DNA from: Phycisphaeraceae bacterium
GTDB taxonomy: Bacteria; Planctomycetota; Phycisphaerae; Phycisphaerales; Phycisphaeraceae
Reading direction: 5' to 3'
Assembly: GCA_963674705.1 (NCBI GenBank)
Contig: OY771506.1
Coordinates: forward strand, 2,176,001 to 2,240,000
Length of the DNA: 64,000 nucleotides
The first letter of the stretch is position 1, and each line of letters begins with the position of its first letter. Made by a program: the position numbers and the translations under genes. Below, piece by piece: positions 29,428 through 38,189 of this stretch. The notes beneath the pieces are model-generated. The model made no database searches, had not been told where the DNA came from, and worked only from the letters and a program-made list of their open reading frames with translations.

Positions 29428-30393
29428 ATGGGTATTTTGTATCTGATCCTGATCTCCGTCATCCTCATCTGGTTGCTCAGTGCGGCCGGGCTGGTGTATG
29501 CGTTGACTCATCCGCGGCGTAAGACTTTTGCCGTGGCATTGGGCAAGGGCGATCCCACGGACCCGGCTGATCTTGAACTGGATGCCCAAGCTGTGACGTT
29601 CTCGCTGACCGACAAATTGCGTACGCCCGGCTGGATCATCGAAGGCAAGCAACCGGCCGGGCCGACGATCGTCATCGTCCACGGGTTCGGTGACAGCCGA
29701 TATGGCGCGCTCAAGCGTTCGCCCCTGTGGCTGGACTTTGCACGCAAAGTTGTCGTCTTCGATATGCCTGGTCAAGGCGAATCCGAATCCCCACGCGGCT
29801 ACGGCGGGCTGCGAGAACCCGACGATCTGCTTGCCGTGCTCGGCCAGCTCGAACCTGACGACGCCAAACAGATCCTCCTGATGGGCGTATCCATCGGCGG
29901 GGGGATCGCGATCGCAGCGGCAGCCAAGGCAGAAGAGCAAGTACGGCAATCCATCCTCGGCGTGATCGCGGAGTCGCCTTACCGATACTGGGACCAGCCG
30001 CTGCACAATCTATTTAGGTACCGCAGATACCCGCGCTACCCGATCATCCCGCTTACGGGCGTTTGGCTTGGCCTGACCACGAAGGGCTTCAAAGACTTTG
30101 ATCGGGCTCATCATGCTGCGAAACTCGGCTGCCCGTTGCTGGTGATACATGGGTCGGAAGACGGATTGTGTCCGCCTCAAGCCGGCCGGGAGATTGCGCA
30201 GGCCGCGCCGGACGGGACGTACTTCCAGATCGATGGGGCCGGCCACGAGGACCTGCCTTTCGAGCACGAACAGGCTTACCGGGCCGCAGTTAGCGATTTT
30301 CTGCAAAAGCTTTGTGAAAGCGGAGGATCGGTTAAAATAGAAGGCTTGGCTGAGGCGGACCTGCAACCGACCCCAGACGGTTCGCCCATTTAG
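29428..30393 (+). CDS. Alpha/beta hydrolase with an N-terminal membrane anchor
   Basis: VHGFG, GVSIG (GxSxG), HGSED and GAGH. Confidence 0.85.
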   Translation: MGILYLILISVILIWLLSAAGLVYALTHPRRKTFAVALGKGDPTDPADLELDAQAVTFSLTDKLRTPGWIIEGKQPAGPTIVIVHGFGDSRYGALKRSPLWLDFARKVVVFDMPGQGESESPRGYGGLREPDDLLAVLGQLEPDDAKQILLMGVSIGGGIAIAAAAKAEEQVRQSILGVIAESPYRYWDQPLHNLFRYRRYPRYPIIPLTGVWLGLTTKGFKDFDRAHHAAKLGCPLLVIHGSEDGLCPPQAGREIAQAAPDGTYFQIDGAGHEDLPFEHEQAYRAAVSDFLQKLCESGGSVKIEGLAEADLQPTPDGSPI

Positions 30394-30459
30394 CCCGACC
30401 ATCTTGATCGGGTCTGCTTTACTAGCCGGTTTTCATCGATTGTTTTCAGGAGATACCCT

Positions 30460-31368
30460 GTGGCCGCCTTATCACTGCCCGATCTTTCCAAATCACCCAC
30501 GATCGACCAGGTCGGTGTGGAGGAGCGGGCCAAACGCTTCCAGACACGCAGCATCAAGAAGGCCTCCAAGATGGACGCCCTGAAGATGGTGCTGAGCATG
30601 ATCGACCTGACCACACTCACCGGCCAGGACACGCCCGGCAAAGTCAAGCAGCTCTGCTACAAGGCTCGCCACCTGCATGATGCTGTTGCGGGCCTGCCGC
30701 ACGTCGCCGCGGTCTGTGTGTATCCGACGATGGTGTATGTCGCTAAAAAAGAACTCGACGGCTCGGGAATCCACATCGCTTCCGTTGCGACCGGCTTCCC
30801 GACGGGGCAGTATCCGCTCGATGTCAAACTCGAAGATACGCGTAAAGCGGTACAGGACGGCGCGGACGAGATCGACATGGTCATCTCTCGCGGTCGATTC
30901 CTTGCCGGCGACTATAACTACGTCTTCGATGAGATCGCACAGGTGAAAGAAGCCTGCGGGAAAGCTCATCTGAAAGTGATCCTGGAGACAGGCGAACTGT
31001 CCACCTACGACAACGTCCGCAAGGCGAGCGACCTGGCGATGCACGCCGGTGCCGACTTCATCAAGACGTCGACCGGCACGATCAGCCCCGCCGCGACATT
31101 GCCCGTCACGCTCGTGATGCTCGAAGCGATCCGCGACTTTTACTATGCCACCGGCAAGATGATCGGCATGAAACCCGCGGGTGGGATCAGCCAATCCAAA
31201 CTCGCCATCCAATACCTGGTCATGCTCCGCGAAACACTCGGCCAGGCATGGCTAAGCCCTGACTGGTTCCGCTTCGGCGCCAGCAGGCTTGCCAACGATG
31301 TACTCATGCAGATCGTCAAACAAAAGACAGGCAACTACCAGTCCGTCGACTACTTCTCGAATGATTAA
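30460..31368 (+). CDS. deoC: Deoxyribose-phosphate aldolase
   Basis: IDLTTL, AAVCVYP, GADEIDMVI, LKVILETGEL, ADFIKTSTG, KPAGGI and RFGAS. Confidence 0.95.
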   Translation: MAALSLPDLSKSPTIDQVGVEERAKRFQTRSIKKASKMDALKMVLSMIDLTTLTGQDTPGKVKQLCYKARHLHDAVAGLPHVAAVCVYPTMVYVAKKELDGSGIHIASVATGFPTGQYPLDVKLEDTRKAVQDGADEIDMVISRGRFLAGDYNYVFDEIAQVKEACGKAHLKVILETGELSTYDNVRKASDLAMHAGADFIKTSTGTISPAATLPVTLVMLEAIRDFYYATGKMIGMKPAGGISQSKLAIQYLVMLRETLGQAWLSPDWFRFGASRLANDVLMQIVKQKTGNYQSVDYFSND

Positions 31369-31376
31369 TTTGGATT

Positions 31377-31550
31377 AACCACAGAGGCACAGAGACACAG
31401 AGTAAAACAAGAATATGGAACAGGGATGCACGCGGATGAACACAGATAATACGATAAAACGTGTGCGAGCGGCCTCTTCCTATCCGTATTTATCTGTGTT
31501 CATCCCTGTTAATGAATTGGTTTTCTCTGTGCCTCTGTGTCTCTGTGGTT
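31377..31550. repeat. Nested inverted-repeat cassette A (empty)
   Basis: Outer arms at 31377-31402 and 31525-31550 (8-nt CACAGAGR unit). Inner arms at 31419-31448 and 31481-31510 (10-nt ATRAACACRG unit). Confidence 0.9.
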
Positions 31551-31569
31551 CAATTAGAATGGCAAGGAT

Positions 31570-33039
31570 ATGACCCAGACAGACACACCCAAGCTGAACT
31601 TTGATACCGACTGGTCCTACGAGCCTGCGCCTGAATCGGTGCCGGTGCAGATTGATGACCGGTACGGTTTATTTATTGATGGCAAGTTTGTTGAGCCTGC
31701 GGAAGGCAAATACTTCGACACGATCAATCCCGCCAACCGTAATCGTCTTGCTGAAGTTGCTGAAGCAAGCGACGCGGATGTTGACAAAGCTGTCAAAGCC
31801 GCACGCAAAGCCTACGACAATGTCTGGTCGAAGATGCCCGCTGCCGATCGCGGCAAGTATCTGTATCGCATCGCTCGCATCCTCCAGGAGCGTGCCCGTG
31901 AGTTTGCGGTGATCGAAACGATGGATGGCGGCAAGCCTATCCGTGAATCGCGCGATATCGATATCCCGCTCGTTGCGGCCCACTTCTTCTATTACGCAGG
32001 ATGGGCGGACAAACTCGAATACGCTTTCCCGGGTAGGACCCCTAAGCCGATCGGCGTGTGCGGGCAGGTGATCCCGTGGAACTTCCCGCTGCTGATGGCC
32101 GCGTGGAAACTCGCCCCCGCGCTGGCTTGCGGCAACACGGTGGTTTTGAAGCCCGCCGAGACCACGCCGCTGACCGCGCTCAAGCTCGCTGAATTGATAC
32201 GTGATGCTGAATTGCCCGTGGGCGTCGTCAACATCGTCACCGGCGCGGGCGCGACCGGCGCTGCCGTTGTCAATCATCCGGACGTTGACAAGGTCGCTTT
32301 CACCGGCTCGACCGAGGTCGGCAAAACGATCCTCAAATCCATCGCAGGCAGTAATAAAAAATACACGATGGAACTCGGCGGTAAAGCCGCGAACCTGATC
32401 TTTGAAGATGCGCCGATCGACCAGGCTGTCGAAGGCATCATCAACGGTATCTTCTTTAATCAAGGGCACGTCTGCTGTGCGGGCTCGCGACTGTTCGTGC
32501 AGGAATCCGTCGCAGACACCGTTATTCGCAAACTCAAGGACCGCATCCAAACGCTTATCGTCGGTGACCCGCTTGATAAAAACACCGACATCGGCGCGAT
32601 CAACTCCAAGCCGCAGCTCGAAAAGATCGAGTACTACCTCAAGGTCGGCAAGGACGAGGGCGCAAAACTCTGGCAGCCCGATACTGCTCTTCCGACCGAA
32701 GGTTTCTTCTGTAAGCCCACGCTGTTCCTTGATGCAAGCCAGTCCCACCGCATCGTGCAGGAGGAGATCTTCGGCCCGGTGCTGGCTGTGCAAACCTTCC
32801 GCACGCCTGAAGAGGGCATCGCCAAAGCTAATAACACACCCTACGGCCTGTCCGGCGGCGTGTGGACCGACAAGGGCTCCAAGATATTCAAAGTCACCAA
32901 CAAGATCCGGGCCGGCGTCCTCTGGGCCAACACCTACAACAAGTTCGACCCGACTTCCCCCTTCGGCGGCTACAAAGAATCCGGCATGGGCCGCGAAGGC
33001 GGATTACATGGGCTGAAGGAATATGTATCACTGAACTAA
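31570..33039 (+). CDS. Aldehyde dehydrogenase (catalytic chain; probably acetaldehyde from DeoC)
   Basis: IPWNFPL, LKPAETTP, FTGSTEVG, MELGGK, FFNQGHVCCAG (catalytic Cys), EEIFGPV and PFGGYKESG. Confidence 0.93.
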   Translation: MTQTDTPKLNFDTDWSYEPAPESVPVQIDDRYGLFIDGKFVEPAEGKYFDTINPANRNRLAEVAEASDADVDKAVKAARKAYDNVWSKMPAADRGKYLYRIARILQERAREFAVIETMDGGKPIRESRDIDIPLVAAHFFYYAGWADKLEYAFPGRTPKPIGVCGQVIPWNFPLLMAAWKLAPALACGNTVVLKPAETTPLTALKLAELIRDAELPVGVVNIVTGAGATGAAVVNHPDVDKVAFTGSTEVGKTILKSIAGSNKKYTMELGGKAANLIFEDAPIDQAVEGIINGIFFNQGHVCCAGSRLFVQESVADTVIRKLKDRIQTLIVGDPLDKNTDIGAINSKPQLEKIEYYLKVGKDEGAKLWQPDTALPTEGFFCKPTLFLDASQSHRIVQEEIFGPVLAVQTFRTPEEGIAKANNTPYGLSGGVWTDKGSKIFKVTNKIRAGVLWANTYNKFDPTSPFGGYKESGMGREGGLHGLKEYVSLN

Positions 33040-33044
33040 GAAGA

Positions 33045-33199
33045 TATTCACCGCAGAGAACACAGAGATCGCAGAGAAGAATCATCGGAAATAGAAACAG
33101 GGATGAACACAGATGGACACAGATAAGACATGAGACAATAGAAGTGCAGATAAGTATTGTTTTTTTTTATCCGTGTTTATCTGTGTTCATACCTGTTTC
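33045..33199. repeat. Inverted-repeat cassette B (inner hairpin plus an orphan outer left arm)
   Basis: Outer left arm at 33045-33076 (9-nt CRCAGAGAW unit). Inner arms GAAACAGGGATGAACACAGATGGACACAGATAA (33094-33126) and its partner at 33167-33199. Confidence 0.88.
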
Positions 33200-33221
33200 A
33201 AACTGCATGAAGAGAATTGAT

Positions 33222-34130
33222 ATGAATCCCACGCAATCAGAATCTCAGACTTCCCCGGCCATCGACGCTTCACCGCGCCTTGGTGTGCTCAAGACGTACA
33301 AACTCTACATCGGCGGCAAGTTTCCGCGCACCGAGTCGGGCAGGTTTTATAAACTCACTTCAAGTTCGGGTGAGGTGCTTGCCAACATGTGTCAGGCCTC
33401 GCGCAAGGACTTTCGTGAAGCGGTCGTTGCTGCACGGGCGGCGCAGTCCGGTTGGTCGGGGGCGACGGCTTATCTTCGTGGACAGATCCTTTACCGCATC
33501 GCTGAGATGCTTGAAGGGCGGGCGAGTCAGTTCGCCACTGAGTTGATCCAGATGGGCGCCGAACCCGAGGCGGCGAGGGCCGAGGTCGCTTGTGCGATCG
33601 ATCGGTTGGTCTACTACGCGGGCTGGTGTGACAAGTATCAGCAGGTCTTCAGCAGTGTGAATCCGGTCGCATCCAGCCACTTCAACTTTTCGTTGCCCGA
33701 GCCGACGGGAGTTGTTTCCGTCATCGGGCCGGAGAAGAACGGCCTCATCGGTTTGATCTCCGTCATCGCCCCGATCATCGCTGCGGGCAATACCTGTGTC
33801 GCGCTTGCCTCGCAGAGTAAAGCCCTTTGCGCGATCACACTCGCTGAAGTATTGCACACCTCCGATTTGCCGGGTGGTGTTGTCAATCTGCTTACGGGTG
33901 ATCGTGACGAACTACTCGAACACTTCGCCTCCCACATGGATGTGAACGCCACGGTTTACTGCGGCAGCGATGCGGACCAGATCGAGCGGTTACGCACACA
34001 CGCCGCCGACAACCTCAAGCGCGTGATCACTAACAAGTGCACCGACTGGATCTCGCCCGACGCCCAGAGCCCCTACGAGATGCTCAACACCGTCGAAGTT
34101 AAAACCACCTGGCATCCGATCGGGATGTAA
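33222..34130 (+). CDS. Truncated aldehyde dehydrogenase-like protein (NAD-binding-like part only, no catalytic domain)
   Basis: KTYKLYIGGKFPRTESGR, RGQILYRIAE, YYAGWCDK and LPGGVVNLLTG. It ends KTTWHPIGM with no ELGG or catalytic-Cys segment. Confidence 0.85.
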   Translation: MNPTQSESQTSPAIDASPRLGVLKTYKLYIGGKFPRTESGRFYKLTSSSGEVLANMCQASRKDFREAVVAARAAQSGWSGATAYLRGQILYRIAEMLEGRASQFATELIQMGAEPEAARAEVACAIDRLVYYAGWCDKYQQVFSSVNPVASSHFNFSLPEPTGVVSVIGPEKNGLIGLISVIAPIIAAGNTCVALASQSKALCAITLAEVLHTSDLPGGVVNLLTGDRDELLEHFASHMDVNATVYCGSDADQIERLRTHAADNLKRVITNKCTDWISPDAQSPYEMLNTVEVKTTWHPIGM

Positions 34131-34135
34131 ATCGG

Positions 34136-34325
34136 ATTCACCGCGGAGAGCGCAGAGAACGCGGAGTAAGACAAGACATGTAACAGGGATGAACACAGAT
34201 AAGCACGGATCAGAAGATAATAGATAGTAATACTTCCGCCGCTTTAATTGTTTTCATCTGTGTCCATCCGTGTTCATCCCTGTTCCAAATTCTTCTCCGC
34301 GACCTCCGCGTCCTCTGCGGTGAAT
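34136..34325. repeat. Nested inverted-repeat cassette C (empty)
   Basis: Outer arms at 34136-34166 and 34295-34325 (9-nt CGCRGAG-containing unit). Inner arms at 34182-34210 and 34256-34284. Confidence 0.9.
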
Positions 34326-34341
34326 AGATAGAATAGCCATC

Positions 34342-35178
34342 ATGACCACCAAGCTCCTGCAAGTCGGCCCGGTTTCGATCGGCCCTGGTAAACCGTTAGC
34401 CATCATCGCCGGCCCATGCCAGGCCGAGTCGCTTTCGCTTTGCATGGAAGTCGGTAAAGCCATGCGCGACCGCTGCGCTGAGCTTGGGCTTGGTTTCATC
34501 TTCAAAGCCAGTTTCGACAAAGCGAACCGCAGCTCCATCCACACCGATCGTGGCCCCGGTATCACTGCCGGCCTGGATATGCTCGCGAAGGTGCGCGATG
34601 AACTGAACATCCCGATCACCACCGACCTGCACGAACCCGATCAGGCAAAAGCGGTAGGGCAGGTCGTCGACCTGATCCAGATCCCCGCGTTCCTGTGTCG
34701 GCAGACCGACCTGCTTGTCGCCGCGGCGAACACCGGCAAGGCTGTCAACGTCAAAAAGGGCCAGTTCATGTCGCCCGCCGAGATGGGCCACGTCGTCACG
34801 AAGTTGAACGAAGCGAATGCTTCCGGGGTGATGTTGACCGAGCGCGGCACGTTCTTCGGCTACCACCGCCTCGTCAACGACTTCGCCGGGCTTTATGACA
34901 TGATGCAACTCGGCCCGCCCGTCTGTTTTGATGTCACCCACTCCACCCAGCAACCCGGTGCAGCTCCCGATGGCAAATCCACCGGCGGCCGCCCCGACAC
35001 CGCCCCGACGCTGGCGCGGTGCGCGATCGCCGCCGGCGTCCACTGCCTCTTCATCGAAACCCACCCCGAGCCGACCAAAGCCAAGTCCGACGCCGCGACG
35101 ATGCTTCCGTTGGAGCAGATGTTGGGTTTGTTGGGGGAGTTGGCTGAACTGCATCAAGTGATACAAATACCCCGCTAG
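34342..35178 (+). CDS. kdsA: 3-deoxy-D-manno-octulosonate 8-phosphate synthase
   Basis: IAGPC, FKASFDKANRSS, QIPAFLCRQTDL, VNVKKGQF, TERGT, FDVTHS and FIETHP. Confidence 0.95.
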   Translation: MTTKLLQVGPVSIGPGKPLAIIAGPCQAESLSLCMEVGKAMRDRCAELGLGFIFKASFDKANRSSIHTDRGPGITAGLDMLAKVRDELNIPITTDLHEPDQAKAVGQVVDLIQIPAFLCRQTDLLVAAANTGKAVNVKKGQFMSPAEMGHVVTKLNEANASGVMLTERGTFFGYHRLVNDFAGLYDMMQLGPPVCFDVTHSTQQPGAAPDGKSTGGRPDTAPTLARCAIAAGVHCLFIETHPEPTKAKSDAATMLPLEQMLGLLGELAELHQVIQIPR

Positions 35179-35257
35179 GATGGGGGGACTTATTAGACGG
35201 GCCATCTTGGCCCGGTGGTGAGTATTTGTGTCGCAAGGCAGTAGTGAGGACTCGCAT

Positions 35258-35881
35258 ATGACCAACGACGCATTCTGGGAAATCATCGGACGAACAAAAT
35301 CGGCATCCGCCGGTGAACTCGAGGCGCAACTCGAAGCGATCAAGATCGAGCTTTCGGGTTTGCCTGAGTCAGAAGTCGTTGAGTTCGATAGGATATTCGG
35401 CGAGCTCAAGGATCGCGCTTATCACTGGGATCTCTGGGGTGCAGCTTACATCATCGGTGGTGGTTGTTCGGACGACGCTTTCATGGACTTTCGAAACTGG
35501 CTGATCTCGATGGGACGTGACGTGTATGAAAACGCGCTGGCCGACGTCGAAACCTTGGCTGATCTTGAGATCGGTGACGACTCCTTCTTCGAGGAATTAG
35601 CTTATGTGGCGAGCGAGGTCTATGAGCAGAAGACCGGCGGTGACATTCCATACTTACCGCATGACTTCCCGGTCGACCCGGTGGGCGAGCCGTGGGAAGA
35701 GAAGGGTGACGAACTTGAACGACGTTTCCCACGTCTTTGGGCGAAGTTTGTGACATCTGAACCAAAGCGTCATATAACACCCCGTCAGAATGGCGAGGCT
35801 ATAGAAAAGCCGGGCCGTTCTGGCCCATTCTCGCGGACAATTTGCGCGGTTTTCCACTGGTTAAACAAACCCTTTGAATAA
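35258..35881 (+). CDS. DUF4240-like protein
   Basis: FWEII, WDLWGAAYIIGGGCSDDAFMDFRNWLISMG and FPRLWAKF; ATG at 35258 after GAGGA. Confidence 0.8.
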   Translation: MTNDAFWEIIGRTKSASAGELEAQLEAIKIELSGLPESEVVEFDRIFGELKDRAYHWDLWGAAYIIGGGCSDDAFMDFRNWLISMGRDVYENALADVETLADLEIGDDSFFEELAYVASEVYEQKTGGDIPYLPHDFPVDPVGEPWEEKGDELERRFPRLWAKFVTSEPKRHITPRQNGEAIEKPGRSGPFSRTICAVFHWLNKPFE

Positions 35882-36087
35882 CCCCGGTGGTACCGGTTTA
35901 CCTACCGTCTCCTCGCCTGATAGCAGACCACGGCAGGTTATTCAATGGCCTCACACGTCTATTCCGTCTGAAATCACGATTCTGCGGGATTTTTGGAACA
36001 TCCGCCCCATTCTCGTCGTCTTATCTATGTCTGGGCCCCTTTGGGCGATAAGATGTTGTGGATCAGTAACTCATCAGGAGCCGGCCG

Positions 36088-37977
36088 ATGAATACCGTAC
36101 ACCTTGCGATCGCCCGAACGCGTCGCCGCATCTTCGCCGATACCTGGCTGCGGACACTCGGCTGGATGGCGCTGGTCTGGGTCGGCCTAGCGGTCCTGGT
36201 GCTGGTAGCCGACAAGCTCTTTGCGCTGCGGGTCCCGGTCGATCAGGCATGGATTTACGGCAGCCTCGGCGGGATTCTTTTTATCCTCGCCCCCGTCCTC
36301 GCCTCGACACGTCAGCCAGTCGAATCCATTGCCGCCACGATGATGGACGACAGGCTTGGTCTGAAGGACAGTCTCGGCACCGCGCTCTACGCTGAATCTA
36401 TTAAGGATGACCCGTTTGCCAAACAGGTGCTGGCCGATGCCGAGCGGTTGGCATCCAAAACGCGCGTCAATGAAGCGTTTCCCATCCGGCTGGGTACGGG
36501 TTGGAGCTATGCCCTCGCCGGGGGGGCGATCTTTGCGTTGATGGCGGTATTTCTGCCGGAGGGCGATCTATTCGGGATCGAAGGGAAGCAGGAACAAAAA
36601 CAGCAGCAGCTTGCCGAGGCCGAGCAGGTCCAGCGGCAGGTGCTCGAAGCCAACGCGATCCTGCGTGAGGTCGAAACCTCCGAATCCAAACTGGTTGAAG
36701 CCAACCCGGACGATATCTACAAGGAACTGGCCTCCATCACCAAGCGTGACCTGACCAATCCTGACTTCCGTAAGGAAGCGATCACCAAGCTCGCGACCAT
36801 TCAGGAGAAGCTGGCGGTTGCTGAGAAGAACAAGAAACAGGAGATCAAGACCGCCAAGAACAATATGACCAAACTCGATCCCGGCAAGCGAGGCCCGGCC
36901 GACCGCTTCGCCGACGCCATGCGTCGCGGCGACTTCGAGCAAGCTAAAAAGGAATTGCAACGCCTCGCCGACGGCCTGCAAGGGATGCCCGAATCCGAGA
37001 AGCAAGCGCTTAAGGATCAGCTTGAGGCCATGTCCGATCAACTGGACCAAATGGCTGAGCAGCAGAAGCAGGCCCAGCAGCAGGCGCAGCAAAACATCCA
37101 GCAGCAACTGCAAAACGCAGGCCTGACTCAAAATCAGATTCAGCAACTGCAACAGCAAGGCTACAACCAGCAGGCTGTGCAGCAGGCGGTACAACAGTCC
37201 TTGCAGAATCAAGGCATGAATCAGCAGCAGGCCCAGCAACAAGCACAACAGACCGCTCAAAACGTCAGCCAGCAGCAACAGCAATCGCAGAACGCCGCCC
37301 AGTCCCAGTCACAGTGTCAGGGCATGGGCTCGGGGCTCGGTCAGATGGCATCATCCCTAGGCGGTTCGCAGCCCGGCCAAAATGGGCAGAACAGTCAAAA
37401 TAACCCGGGCCAGCAAGGCCAGTTCTCTCAAGGCGCATGGCAGGCTCAGCAGCAGCTCAACCAGCTCCAGCAGATGCAGAACCAGCTCAACCAGATGCAG
37501 AACGCCCAGCAGCAGATGCAGCAGGCGATGTCGCAGTGCCAGGGTATGGGGCAAAATCAAGGGCAGGGCATGGGGCAAAACCCGGGCCAAGGCCAAGGCA
37601 GCAATTCCGGCCAAAACCAGACCGGCAATCCAAACACCCAGAACAATAGTGTCGGCGGACGTATGGGCGGCAGCGGCGGTAACAACCAGGTTCTAGGCGT
37701 CGAACGCCAGACCGCGCCTTACAGCACATCAACCGAACAAGATATCCAGCAGGGCCAGGGCCGTGTCATCGCCAGTTGGCAGGAGAACGGCCAGATGGTG
37801 GCCGGCGAAGCGACCGTCGAATTCGACAAGACCATGACCGAGGCCCGCAACGATGCCGAACGCGCCATCACTGACGACCGCGTTCCCCGCAGGTATCACA
37901 ATGCTGTGAAAGACTACTTCCAGCAGATGCCCACGTTAGACGAAGTCCAAAAGGCCCCCGCCGCGCCACGGGGGTGA
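36088..37977 (+). CDS. Membrane-anchored coiled-coil protein with a long Q/N/G-rich region (MoxR/VWA operon)
   Basis: N-terminal TM helices, DDRLGLKDSLGTAL, a Q-rich segment and a C-terminal VPRRYHNAVKDYF. Confidence 0.82.
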   Translation: MNTVHLAIARTRRRIFADTWLRTLGWMALVWVGLAVLVLVADKLFALRVPVDQAWIYGSLGGILFILAPVLASTRQPVESIAATMMDDRLGLKDSLGTALYAESIKDDPFAKQVLADAERLASKTRVNEAFPIRLGTGWSYALAGGAIFALMAVFLPEGDLFGIEGKQEQKQQQLAEAEQVQRQVLEANAILREVETSESKLVEANPDDIYKELASITKRDLTNPDFRKEAITKLATIQEKLAVAEKNKKQEIKTAKNNMTKLDPGKRGPADRFADAMRRGDFEQAKKELQRLADGLQGMPESEKQALKDQLEAMSDQLDQMAEQQKQAQQQAQQNIQQQLQNAGLTQNQIQQLQQQGYNQQAVQQAVQQSLQNQGMNQQQAQQQAQQTAQNVSQQQQQSQNAAQSQSQCQGMGSGLGQMASSLGGSQPGQNGQNSQNNPGQQGQFSQGAWQAQQQLNQLQQMQNQLNQMQNAQQQMQQAMSQCQGMGQNQGQGMGQNPGQGQGSNSGQNQTGNPNTQNNSVGGRMGGSGGNNQVLGVERQTAPYSTSTEQDIQQGQGRVIASWQENGQMVAGEATVEFDKTMTEARNDAERAITDDRVPRRYHNAVKDYFQQMPTLDEVQKAPAAPRG

Positions 37978-38189
37978 TCTCGGGTATCGGTATTCGGGTC
38001 TCGGGTCTTGCAACAGGGGACACAATCATTCTGGGTAACGAATCTGTGATAAGAGAGAAAAAGATGTTTGGTGCGGTAAGTCAGCACATATCCCAAAGCA
38101 CGTGTATGACTTGCTCATATGACATACGATGGGGTAACGAAAGTCGTAACCCGATACCCGAAACCCGAAACCCGAATCCCGATCAGTGA
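37974..38189. mobile_element. Heptamer-arm inverted-repeat cassette D flanked by GTGA direct repeats
   Basis: Left arm TGATCTCGGGTATCGGTATTCGGGTCTCGGGT (37975-38006). Right arm ACCCGATACCCGAAACCCGAAACCCGAATCCCGATCA (38149-38185). GTGA occurs at 37974-37977 and 38186-38189. Mobility is inferred. Confidence 0.65.

Noticed and set aside
32862..33221. N-terminal extension of the second ALDH ORF as given in the track (422 aa)
   Set aside because: It overlaps the upstream ALDH and translates the repeat cassette; ALDH similarity begins after ATG 33222.
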